From Cyanidioschyzon merolae (Eukaryota), in assembly GCA_000091205.1 (NCBI GenBank), contig AP006485.2: DNA of 64,000 bases. One strand, written 5' to 3'. Shown here in pieces: positions 47,765 through 58,418 of the stretch (the first letter of the stretch is position 1; each line of letters opens with the position of its first letter). The translations under genes and the position numbers were made by a program. A model generated the notes under the pieces. It saw only the letters and a program-made list of their open reading frames with translations. It had not been told where the DNA came from and made no database searches.

Positions 47765-50150
47765 TCACCCGTACAAACCTCTGAAACGTACCCTGGGTGG
47801 ACACTCGCACCAACACAAAACATCTTTCCAAAGACAAACGTTGCCCCCGGCCGTGTACAGTAGTGGCGAACGCGCCCTAGGCAAGGGGTCTCCAACTGAC
47901 GTGCAGACGCCTCCCCGTTTTTTTGGACCGGCCACCAACGTCTGCTTCCATTTTTTCTCATATAGATCGACTTTGAGAGGTTGTCCAATAAAATCCTCTT
48001 GTGTCCAGTCTGGAGGTCGTTTCTCCAGCACCGCACATCTCCGTATATTGATAGCGGCATGAAAATCTCGGTTCACGAACTCCATACATTTCGTGCCGTT
48101 GGGAGCTGTACTCACCAATACGAGTAACCCTTGAACTTTCGCCTTCCTTTCCAGTTGCTCCTCCGCCAGCGGTCCGTACTTTTGCAATTTCCTCAGCGCT
48201 CTTCTGGCACTTTTCCATCTCCACCCTCTGAAGCGTGCAGCCCAGTTCCTGGTATGTATAGGACGTCCGGAACTCATATACAGGTATCGTAACGAGACGC
48301 CGGGCGCACTCCTTGTACAGCTTCGTCGCTGGAGCTGGCGTAGTTCCTTTTCTGTTCTTCCAGTGCCTTGCTCCATACGCTTCTACGAGCTTCTGACGGT
48401 CATCCTCCTTGAGGGCGCTCAACTGATTGAAACAATTCGCAAACGCCCGCTGCTTCACACCGTATAGATTCATTCGCAGACGAGCCCACCGGGGCTTTCT
48501 ATACTCCTCCCACAGCGCATCCCAATGGGCAACACGAAATTCCATGAATTTCCGAAAAGCTTCACAGACCGCTCCGCGGCTCGTCGCCTCGCTCAAAGCT
48601 TCCAGGTGATGCTTTATTCCTGCATTCCACGTAACGATTATCATCCTTGCATTCACTACAACGGATTCTCGATAGTATCTCGCTCTCGAGAACCTCAGCA
48701 GACGCATGTCTTTCTGGCGTAAATTACCGTCCATGCCATCTTCCGCACGCTTCGGTGCTGCGATGGTGATGATATTCGTGTTCCCAGGATCCGCGCCAAC
48801 CACAATGTCTTTATCCTGCACTTCCTGTGTGGCAGGATCCGCCTCTTTCTTTCCTTGATGCTTCGTCGCGTCAACCATAAAGTCGTTATCCTGCACATTC
48901 TGTTCGGCAGGATCCGCCTCCTTCTGACCTTCATCCTTCACCGCGCCAACGACACGGTCGTTATCCTGCACTTTCTGCATCACAGGTTCCGCCTCTTTCT
49001 CTTTTTCATCCTTCACCGCGTCAGCGACAAAGTCGTCATCCTGCACCTCCTGTGTCGCAGGATCCGCTTCTTTGATTTTTTAATGCTTCGCAGAGGGCGA
49101 AGCGAAAGGCACAATCGGACGGTCCACTTTCAAGCGCCGATAGTGTACATACAAGGTTACTCCATCGGTCTCGATCAACGCAGTGAATACCTTTTGGCTT
49201 CTCACTTTGAGCCGTTTGAAATTGAAGATGTTCTTCAAGTACGTCGCCCGGTTTTCACCGGTGAAGTCATCCCTGCTAACAGTGAACACTGGACTGATCT
49301 CCTTCATGATGCCGTAAAACACGTCCGAATCGATATTCACGAAACGTGACTTGATGCTGCACATTGGAACCACGTTGAAGCGCTTACCCATTAGGAAAGC
49401 CTTCCGTCTCTCCTACTCTTCATTTGTCTTTTCGCTCAGGTTCATCTCCGCTTCGCGTTCGAGCTCCGGGTCCAAGAACACAGAATACCGTACGACGATG
49501 CGATAGTATCTCCCCTGATCCTTTTTCAACTCTGATATCTTTTCTGTTGGATTCACCAGCCCCAAGATTGCACGGCGCTCTTGTATAGCCGCACGGATCA
49601 CAGATGCTTCATTCGTGCTCCTGCGTGACGTCTTCTTGTCGACAAATTCGACCTCATCTTCATGCTTGCGATCTTTCGTTATGCCATTGATAGTCGCCTA
49701 TATTCATTTGAGAGAGCTGCCTGGGTAGAGTGCAAAAACGGCGCGTATCATGAAACGTTCGAGTTTCACGATCACGTGACTCTCCAGTTTCGTGATGTAC
49801 TTCGTCGCCCCTTATATGTAAACATTCGAATCACCCCTGTATGGAGTACTGTTGAAGCTGTAGAGGGGATGTTTTTCGTAAAGGCCATGCACTAGCACAT
49901 TTTCCCTCCGCGTTTCCGCTGTTCCAAGCATCAGGTATCGAATAAAGGTCTCGTCGAATAACTCGTCCAGAATCTCGACCGTTTCCATGTTCGCGACGTC
50001 TTCGTACATCTCCCTCGCCAAATGCATCAGTCTTGACGACGCCTTGAAAATACTCTTGGAGTACGAATCGAAACGTTTTTCGATAGCGTCTCGCAACTTT
50101 TCCCTGTACGGATCCTTGATGTGTCCAAGAAGAAAGATTTTCACCTCCAT
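47765..50150 (-). CDS. TnpB/Fanzor-like RuvC-nuclease ORF, copy A. It is interrupted into segments 49812..50150, 49413..49601, 49080..49391, 47958..49046 and 47765..48376; intact versus pseudogene status is unresolved.
   Basis: RuvC-I is [18 protein letters not shown] (cf. TnpB vGIDlG.kn.a). Further on are ...[20 protein letters not shown] (the TS + Cys region preceding the zinc finger), then [25 protein letters not shown], which is the canonical RuvC-III RDxNAAxNI. The N-terminal ~430 aa ([27 protein letters not shown]...) have no recognised domain. The track's 203-aa segment reads out of the element into flanking DNA, so the natural stop is probably near ...LYEKKW, as in copies C and D. Confidence 0.5.
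47838..48040 (-). ncRNA. candidate omega-RNA / right-end scaffold of Fanzor-like copy A (the conserved 3'-terminal non-coding segment)
   Basis: About 200 nt downstream of and overlapping the RuvC-III coding end. It is conserved at the nucleotide level in all four copies, including copies C and D where the protein frame has already terminated or shifted. It contains a conserved hairpin ctggag-gtcgttt-ctccag and a conserved gacgtgcagacgcctcccc core. The position, 3' of the TnpB-like ORF and abutting the element end, matches where omega-RNAs lie. Confidence 0.25.
48780..49075. repeat. 66-bp tandem repeat x4 inside the Fanzor-like ORF (copy A). It encodes reiterated (V/N)QDND(R/F/I)(V/M)V(G/D)A(V/T)K(D/H)(E/Q)GQKEADPA units ending in the RuvC-I motif.
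   Basis: On the plus strand the unit reads gtcgttatcctgcac(a/t)ttctg...aggatccgcctc(c/t)ttct...tcatccttcaccgcg.... The same array is present at ~55580..55875 in copy B. Confidence 0.7.
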
Positions 50151-51022
50151 CTCATTCTACAGTCATCTTTCCCGCCGCCTTCGACGTAGGGCCTCTCGCT
50201 TTCAGTTCTTCTTCTCTCCTGTTTCTTCTGGACTCGGCACTGCTTTTTGTTTGTCTCTAGCGGCCGGCGACCCCGGCCCTCCAGGAGCGTCGACTTGCTT
50301 TTTCATAGCTTTCCGTTTTTTAGTTTTTTCTTGAAAAACAACGCTCTGTGAACCCTTCTGTTATATACTGCGAAAAACACTTGACTAGACTTGTTTGAAG
50401 TTTCAAACAGAAACGAACTTAAAGCCTGTACTTGGCTACGACCTGAACGGAAATACAACTTTTTACAGATGAACAACACGCTACTGATCCCAATCGCGTT
50501 TCCCTTCAACGAAGGCATACGCATCGTGTCAGTTGATTCCCCGATCTCCCAGATGCGATTACCGAGCGCGATGCGTGCGCCTCGCGAGACACCACGCCGA
50601 TCGATGAAGGACACGTGCCTCAAGCCCATAGTGCAAAGAAACAGAGCTCGCTCGGGGGCACGCCTGCGCTATCGCTTTTGGCGCGAAACGCGAAATCGAA
50701 ACCGCGCCTGCAGGGATCGTCTCGAACCGTTTCTCCTTCGCCGTGATCATCGATTGCCGCGGATTCGAGGCATGGTGCGGGGGAATTTGAATCGCTCGTG
50801 GGCTCTGTCGTTGCCGCTGCTGGACGTAAATATTTTTTTAGAGTTGGTGTTGTTCAACGGACGGCTGGGAACGGGCTCTTTCTCGTTCACGACACTAAAT
50901 ATTTTCCATCAAAAGAAGTTTTATACAAAGGTTTCCAAAGTATAATATCAGGATTTGCTACGCTCATGGTATTTTTGGAGAGCAATATACGTAGAGGCCG
51001 CCCAGGAGGTCAAGGCTTTCGG

Positions 51023-51215
51023 ATGAAGCCTTCGCTATTTATTATTTGTTTCATACTTTGCAGTGTGTTCGCGTCTCTCGTACGGGCAGCGACTGTGACA
51101 CCTACACCGACTGCGACTGCGACACCGACTGCGACACCGACACCTACACCTACACCTACACCGACACCTCCATCGGCTACGACACCGACACCGACACCGA
51201 CACCTCCATCGGCTA

Positions 51216-51252
<37 letters not shown>

Positions 51253-51275
51253 TCCATCGGCTACGACTACGACTA

Positions 51276-51306
<31 letters not shown>

Positions 51307-53416
51307 TCCATCGGCTACGACTACGACTACGACACCGACTGCGACACCGACTGCGACACCGACTGCGACACCGACTGCGACACCGACTGCGACACCGACT
51401 GCGACACCGACTGCGACACCGACACCTACACCGACTGCGACACCGACTGCGACACCGACTGCGACACCGACTGCGACACCGACTGCGACACCGACTGCGA
51501 CACCGACTGCGACACCGACTGCGACACCGACTGCGACACCGACTGCGACACCGACACCGACACCGACTGCGACACCGACTGCGACTGCGACTGCGACTGC
51601 GACTGCGACTGCGACGGCGACTTCTACGGCAACTCCGACACCGATTGCGACGATGACTCCGACAATTACATCATCGCCAACGATTACTGTAACAGCGTCT
51701 CCAACGACAGTGACGATGACACCGACGATGACTCCAACTGCAACAACGTCACCAACAATCGTGCCGACGACGATTGCCACCTCGATTGCGATATCCGTTC
51801 AGAATCTTTCTCTTTGTTTGGCCGTGGCGACGGATTTGCAGAACGATCTCGAGGCTCGCTTCACGGGCCTGGTAGTGAATGTCAGCGTGACTGATAACTG
51901 CGACACGGTCTTCGGTTCGGGCACATCAAGGCGCCTCGCCACCACATTAGACAAGAGCAATCCTCGTCTGGAACGAGCATTGGTGCGCACGTCGGGCGGC
52001 AGTGTTGTGACCTATGTGATTAAGATCTCAGGAGACACATCCCTCGCCAGTGATGCGCAAAGTGTGCTTCAAACTTTCACCGACCAGCTTTCTACAATTC
52101 TACCCTCTGGTGCGACACTTGCTATTATAACCCCGACACCGAGTGCAACGCCAACACCAGTTTGCACGAGTGAAATCTGCGGTTCTCCGGGCCAGTACAC
52201 AAACCGGGACGCTTGCGAGCAAGTCGGGTGCTGCTTTAACTCCCAGACGAACGCGTGCACCCTGAAGAGCGTCTCAGCGGCCTGCAGCGCTGTTCCAGTG
52301 ACGCAGCGCGTCCCCTGCGGCTGGAGCTACATCTACCCCGACGAGTGCACTGCGATACCGGGATGCTGCTGGCAGCCAACGGCGAACGGCATCCTGGCAC
52401 CCTGGTGCTACTACGACATCAACCATGCACCGCAGGCCTCTGTAGCGCTGCAGGAGGTGCAGGCACCGGTTCCCCTCTGCCCGTCACCGGGAGCGCAGCG
52501 CCAGCCGTGCGGCAACGCGGGCATCAACCAGTTTACGTGCTATGCCCAGGGCTGCTGCTACGACTCGCAGGCGCAGAACCAGTGGGTGCAGAACGGCAAG
52601 CAGCAGAGCGACTTTGCGTCGAACCCGTACTGCTTCCAGCCCGAGAAGACGTGCGCGGTGGGCGAGTTTGAGCGCCAGCCGTGCACGAACGCGGTGAATC
52701 AGAACCAGCAGCTGAACAATAACATCAACAACAACCAGTTTGTGCGTCTGCTGAACACGCTTCTGTACGGAGAGCAGCACGGGACGCAGCGCACGAGCTA
52801 CTCGCCGCAGCAGTGTCTGGAGGCTGGTTGCTGCCTGGGGCTCAGCAACGAGTGCTTCCAGCCGATGACCGAGTACGTGTGCCAGACCTACGGGTATGTG
52901 TCGAACTCGCTGAGCGGCACGACCGGCAACGTATCGAACTCGAGCTATATTCCGTGTGGCCCGGAGTGCTGCAACGCCGAGACGCAGAACTGCACGTACA
53001 ACCCGTTCAGCAACAACAACAACCAGCAGCAGCAGCAGCAGCAGCAATTGCAACAACTGCAGCAACAACAGGTGCTGCTGCCGTCATTCTGTGTGTGCAA
53101 GGACCCTACGAAGCAGTGCGGGACGTACCTGATCCCTTCGGATAACCTTGTGAACAAGGTGCGTTGCTGCCGCGCTGACGAGGAGTGCATCAACAACCAA
53201 TGTGTGGTGATTAGTCCAACACCGACTCCGAGTCCCGTGGCTGTGACAGCGACACCCTCTGCGACGGTGTCTGCAACAGTCTCTGCGACAGCTTCTGCGA
53301 CGGTGTCTGCGAGTGCATCAACGAGTGCATCAGCGAGTGCTTCAGTTTCAGCCTCTGTGTCGACGTCTGCGAGCGCCTCGGAATCAGCGACATCTTCAGC
53401 TCCACCGACTGCGTGA
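51023..53416 (+). CDS. secreted mucin-like protein: signal peptide, long Thr/Pro/Ala tandem-repeat region, then 3-4 trefoil (P-type)-like Cys-rich modules and a C-terminal Ser/Ala/Thr-rich tail
   Basis: Track ORF 50798..53416. The start is placed at the internal ATG 51023 ([29 protein letters not shown]...), which gives a classical signal peptide. Cys modules include [45 protein letters not shown], matching the trefoil C-x9-R-x2-CG...C...GCC(F/W)...PWC(F/Y) pattern. The other modules are [32 protein letters not shown] and [31 protein letters not shown]. Confidence 0.6.
51100..51660. repeat. coding tandem repeat: 12-nt (accgactgcgac) and 6-nt (acaccg) periodic array encoding (TPTA)n/(TP)n
   Basis: Direct periodicity; for example gacaccgactgcgacaccgactgcgacaccgactgcgac runs for >250 nt. 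Confidence 0.85.
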
Positions 53417-54564
53417 GCGAACGTTTCAACTGTTAATTTGCCCACAGTCTAGATCACGTCTATGCTGATCCTCTGTTGCGACAATATTCCACTCATGTTC
53501 ACAAGACCCGAGAGTACGAATGAACGAATGCGTTAATGTGGATATTTGTGCGCGGAGTGTCATCTGAGGTCCTCTTCGGGAACTTACATTCAGAGATCTG
53601 ATGAACGGAAAGAATGGACCAGAATTTGCTTTTGGAACGTAAAGGAATGATTACCTATGCCTATGAGCTTGCCCCCGATGATAGCCTTGGTGGTAATGGC
53701 GGTATCTTGGTACCCTTTCTTCTCTTTGTAGTCGGAATACGGTTTCCGAGTTGCATGTAGCGAGTATGTCTGCAGTAGAGCGTCTGGAACTGTTTTTTTA
53801 GTTTCGTTGTACTTGAGCACATTCTAGTCCTGAGGAGAGGTTCTGGAGCAAGTTTGACTCGATCCGTACAACCGCAAATTTCACCAAAATACGATTCCTC
53901 TTGAGGAAAAGCTGGTATTCGTGACGCCTGCATACGGGCTCCGGCTCCGCTTGGCACGAATGGAAGCAGGGCCGCCAGCCTCACAGCGCACTTATAGCTC
54001 TAACATTGAAAGTGCTTATAGCTTGTTCTGTCGGTCGAGGCATCCTCTCGATATATTCACCACTGTTGCCTACCGTTGCTCGTAGGCTACGTCCATAAAA
54101 CCGTCTGAAGTGTTGTGCTGATTTCCGGATTATGTTTATGTCTTGTACACTAGAAAAAAACGAGAACGAAGTGGTGGTAAGCCGTGAAGACGTAGATGCG
54201 CAGTTACCGTTACTCGGTCCAGAGGCACATCATGCCAGGCAGTCACATCCTGAGACGAGCTGTACGCTATGTAAGCATTACCACAGCACCTTGAGCACAG
54301 CTGGAGGCATTCTAGAAGCGGCCAGTATCGATTCTAAACAATTGATCTTGTTCTATATCATTGCAAACAAATTGGTAAACGGATCCGTTGCTAATAAATG
54401 GACACAGGGCCCTCGGAAGATAGATAAACGACAAGGCAGCGGATGATGTATCGAATACAGAAGAACTCGAGTTGCCCATTTTCCACATTTTCTGTCACAT
54501 CAGTCCTGTTACAGCCATGGCAGCAATATCTTCACGAAAAGCATCAACTATTACCACATATACT

Positions 54565-56950
54565 CTAGGTACTCTTCGCAAATACGTTCTGAATAAGCGA
54601 CGTGACGCGCCCGCACCGAACGCCTCTCAAAAGACAAACGTTGCCCCCGGCCGTGTACAGTAGTGGCGAACGCGCCCTAGGCAAGGGGTCTCCAACTGAC
54701 GTGCAGACGCCTCCCCGTTTTTTTGGACCGGCCACCAACGTCTGCTTCCATTTTTTCTCATATAGTTCAACTTTGAGAGGTTGTCCAACAAAATCCTCTT
54801 GTGTCCAGTCTGGAGGTCGTTTCTCCAGCACCGCACATCTCCGTATATTGATAGCGGCATGAAAATCTCGGTTCACGAACTCCATACATTTCGTGCCGTT
54901 GGGAGCTGTACTCACCAATACGAGTAACCCTTGAACTTTCGCCTTCCTTTCCAGTTGCTCCTCCGCCAGCGGTCCGTACTTTTGCAATTTCCTCAGCGCT
55001 CTTCTGGCACTTTTCCATCTCCACCCTCTGAAGCGTGCAGCCCAGTTCCTGGTATGTATAGGACGTCCGGAACTCATACACAGGTATCGTAACGAGACGC
55101 CGGGCGCACTCCTTGTGCAGCTTCGTCGCTGGAGCTGGCGTAGTTCCTTTTCTGTTCTTCCAGCGCCCTGCTCCATACGCTTCTACGAGCTTCTGACGGT
55201 CATCCTCCTTGAGGGCGCTCAACTGATTGAAACAATTCGCAAACGCCCGCTGCTTCACACCGTATAGATTCATTCGCAGACGAGCCCACCGGGGCTTTCT
55301 ATACTCCTCCCACAGCGCATCCCAATGGGCAACACGAAATTCCATGAATTTCCGAAAAGCTTCATAAGACCGCTCCGCGGCTCGTCGCCTCGCTCAAAGC
55401 TTCCAGGTGATGCTTTATTCCTGCATTCCACGTAACGATTATCATCCTTGCATTCACTACAACGGATTCTCGATAGTATCTCGCTCTCGAGAACCTCAGC
55501 AGACGCATGTCTTTCTGGCGTAAATTACCGTCCATGCCATCTTCCGCACGCTTCGGTGCTGCGATGGTGATGATATTCGTGTTCCCAGGATCCGCGCCAA
55601 CCACAATGTCTTTATCCTGCACTTCCTGTGTGGCAGGATCCGCCTCTTTCTTTCCTTGATGCTTCGTCGCGTCAACCATAAAGTCGTTATCCTGCACATT
55701 CTGTTCGGCAGGATCCGCCTCCTTCTGACCTTCATCCTTCACCGCGCCAACGACACGGTCGTTATCCTGCACTTTCTGCATCACAGGTTCCGCCTCTTTC
55801 TCTTTTTCATCCTTCACCGCGTCAGCGACAAAGTCGTCATCCTGCACCTCCTGTGTCGCAGGATCCGCTTCTTTGATTTTTTAATGCTTCGCAGAGGGCG
55901 AAGCGAAAGGCACAATCGGACGGTCCACTTTCAAGCGCCGATAGTGTACATACAAGGTTACTCCATCGGTCTCGATCAACGCAGTGAATACCTTTTGGCT
56001 TCTCACTTTGAGCCGTTTGAAATTGAAGATGTTCTTCAAGTACGTCGCCCGGTTTTCACCGGTGAAGTCATCCCTGCTAACAGTGAACACTGGACTGATC
56101 TCCTTCATGATGCCGTAAAACACGTCCGAATCGATATTCACGAAACGTGACTTGATGCTGCACATTGGAACCACGTTGAAGCGCTTACCCATTAGGACAG
56201 CCTTCCGTCTCTCCCAATCTTCTTTTTTTCTTCACTCAGCTTCATCTCCGCATTTCGCTCGAGTTCTCGGTCGAGAAACATGAAATAGCGCAGAATAAGA
56301 CGATAGTATCTTTCCTTATCTTTTTTCAACTCTGATGTCTTGTCTGTTGGATTCGCCGGCCCCAAGATTGCACGGTGCTCTTGTATAACCGAATGGATTA
56401 CAGAAGTATCATTCGTGCTGTCGTTAAACGCCTTCGTGTCGACGAATTCGACTTCACCTTCATGCTTGCGATCGTTCTTGATGCCGTTGATAATCTCCCA
56501 TATTCCTTTGCGAGAGATACCCGGGTACAGCGCAAACACGGCGCGTATCATGAAACGTTCGAGTTTCATTGTCAAATGGTTCGTCAGGTTCGTGAGGTTC
56601 TTCATCTCCCCATAGTCGTAAATACTCCGGTCCCCCTTGTATCGAGTACCCTCGAAGCCGTAAAAGGGATGTTTTTCGTGGAGGGCATGAACCCGCTCGT
56701 TTTCCTCCCGCGCTTCCACTGTTCCAAGCATCAGGTATCGAATAAAGGTCTCGTCGAATAACTCGTCCAGAATCTCGACCGTTTCCATGTACGTCACGTT
56801 TTCGTACATCTCCCTCGCCAAATGCATCAGTCTTGACGACGCCTTGAAAATACCCATGGAGTACGAATCGAAACGTTTTTCGATAGCGTCTCGCAACTTT
56901 TCCCTGTAAGGATGCTTGATATGTTTAAGAAGACAGGCTTTCACCATCAT
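54565..56950 (-). CDS. TnpB/Fanzor-like RuvC-nuclease ORF, copy B. It is interrupted into segments 56192..56950, 55881..56192, 55362..55847, 54767..55345 and 54565..55176, with one extra break relative to copy A at ~55350.
   Basis: The same RuvC-I, TS/zinc-finger and RuvC-III ([15 protein letters not shown]) motifs as copy A. The N-terminal 252-aa segment is continuous here, whereas it is broken in copy A. Confidence 0.5.
54631..54835 (-). ncRNA. candidate omega-RNA / right-end scaffold of copy B
   Basis: Identical to the copy-A 3'-terminal segment except for a few substitutions (tagttcaac vs tagatcgac). See 47838..48040. Confidence 0.25.
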
Positions 56951-57270
56951 CTCGTCGTACAGTCGTCTTTCTTGCCGCCTTCGACCTAGGGCCTCCCCCG
57001 TCGGTCCTTCTTCTCTCCTGTTTCTTCTGGACTAGGCACTGTTTTTTGTTTTTATTTCTGGCAGCAGGCGACCCTGGACCTACGGAATCGTCGACTTGCT
57101 TTTTCATAGCTTTTCTTTTCATTTTTTTTGTGTGAAAAAGAACGCTCCTTGAACCCTTCTATTATATACTGCGAGAAATCAATTGAATATGTTTACTTGA
57201 GGGTTGAGACACAATCGAACTGGAAACTATGATTTGTTACGACTTCCACGCAAATACAGCTTGCCCGTTA
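54631..57270 (-). mobile_element. TnpB/Fanzor-like element, copy B (~2.6 kb)
   Basis: It is near-identical to copy A over 54631-56200. Track ORFs 55881..56192 (-) and 55656..56150 (+) are identical to their copy-A counterparts. The 5' region (56200-57270) is ~80% identical to copy A. Confidence 0.6.
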
Positions 57271-58418
57271 GAACATCAAGAAAACGTGTCGTCACGGTCG
57301 CGTTTCTCTTCAAAGGCGACAGATGCGTCGTGTCTCGTAAGTGCCATACTTGGAGATGCACGTATCAAGCGCGCCATACAGGAAAAAGGACAGTGACCTA
57401 CGATTTACAAGAAACGATATAAAATTTTTTCCCGCTCTACGATAAGCGTTTAAGGGGAAACAGATCGCCGTATTATCGGAAGCTTATGTTCGAGGCGGTA
57501 GGTCCCGCGAGCCGGTCGAGTCTACCGGGCTAGAGCTCGGTATCCCTCTTAAGTGGCTGCTGCCGCTGCTGCTGCTGCTGCTGCAAGACCTGCGCAGCTC
57601 GTTCACAACGCATTTTATCCTGAGACTATGCACAGGATGCTGCGTTGGGCCTCGCCCTGGTCGCAGTGGAACCCTAGTATAGCGCTTCGCGCTGCCGTAG
57701 GTAGTGGGTCTGTCTGCCCATTTTGCATGTTTCCAGAATGACAAATAGCCCTGATTCCGTTTCAGGTGAATCATCCTCCCAGAGGACGCCCTTATTGGTA
57801 TGGCAAAGCCGTTCTGTCTCTGTACAGCACCTGCTTGAGCGGTATAAGCGCAACAGCGGGTGCTCACAACAGGCTCGGCGCTCGATAGAACATACGAAAC
57901 GACCAGTGTATCAGAGAGGAAGTATGGGTAATGGGACTTGAGGACAGGTGCACTATGACAGTGATATCCCCGGAAGCCATTATCCGTTCCGAATTCTGGG
58001 ATCCATGGGCAATGTAAACGTTTTTTCATCAAAAAGAAAAAACGCCCCGAGGCGGACTCGTCATCGAGACGCACATCCCTCTGGATCGAATCTCCGGAAG
58101 GCGCTTCTGGGCGATCGCAAAAGCCCTCAAGTGCATCTTTGTATTCTCAACGGATAGCATGCTTTATTCGGAGCGCTCAGTCTCGAGCGTTCCCTCTAAC
58201 TTTAAGCAATAGCTTCGTAGATCAGACAGCTGTGTTGTCAAAGAGCACTGTACCTAGTTTTGGCGAGGTCTATAGTGCTGGAGAACAAAACGATCACGGG
58301 TTTGTAGCGATCTCGGCACCAGTGCTAGAAACAACCCTGCACTGGAGCTCGTGCGATCTAAAACCTGTAGTCGGACTTTTTAGAAGATCTGTCTGGCAAG
58401 GAAACAAATCGTGGAACT

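Larger units (their letters stand above)
47838..50470 (-). mobile_element. TnpB/Fanzor-like element, copy A (~2.6 kb)
   Basis: It is ~97-99% identical to 54631-57270 over the 3' two-thirds and ~80% over the 5' part. Boundaries come from where similarity among copies A, B and C begins (aaa(c/a)aaacgttgc...) and ends (...ttg(c/t)tacgac(t/c)t...aaatacaa). It contains the whole interrupted Fanzor-like ORF. Confidence 0.6.

Noticed and set aside
46432-48060. 542-aa ORF as the hydrolase gene
   Set aside because: The first 140 codons are the conserved end of the repeat element and are duplicated verbatim at 54627..54860. The real CDS most likely starts at ATG 47640.
48855-49349. 164-aa plus-strand ORFs (identical at 55656..56150) and 47739..48062 / 54602..54862 / 60672..61217 plus-strand ORFs inside the elements
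   Set aside because: These are antisense or alternate-frame readings of the Fanzor-like ORF and its conserved 3' segment. Their conservation merely mirrors nucleotide conservation of the element.
51010-51894. Long poly-(VG) minus-strand ORF and CDTDCDTD plus-strand ORF over the mucin repeat
   Set aside because: These are alternate-frame translations of the (accgactgcgac)n array. Only the TP-rich frame continues into a signal peptide and Cys domains.
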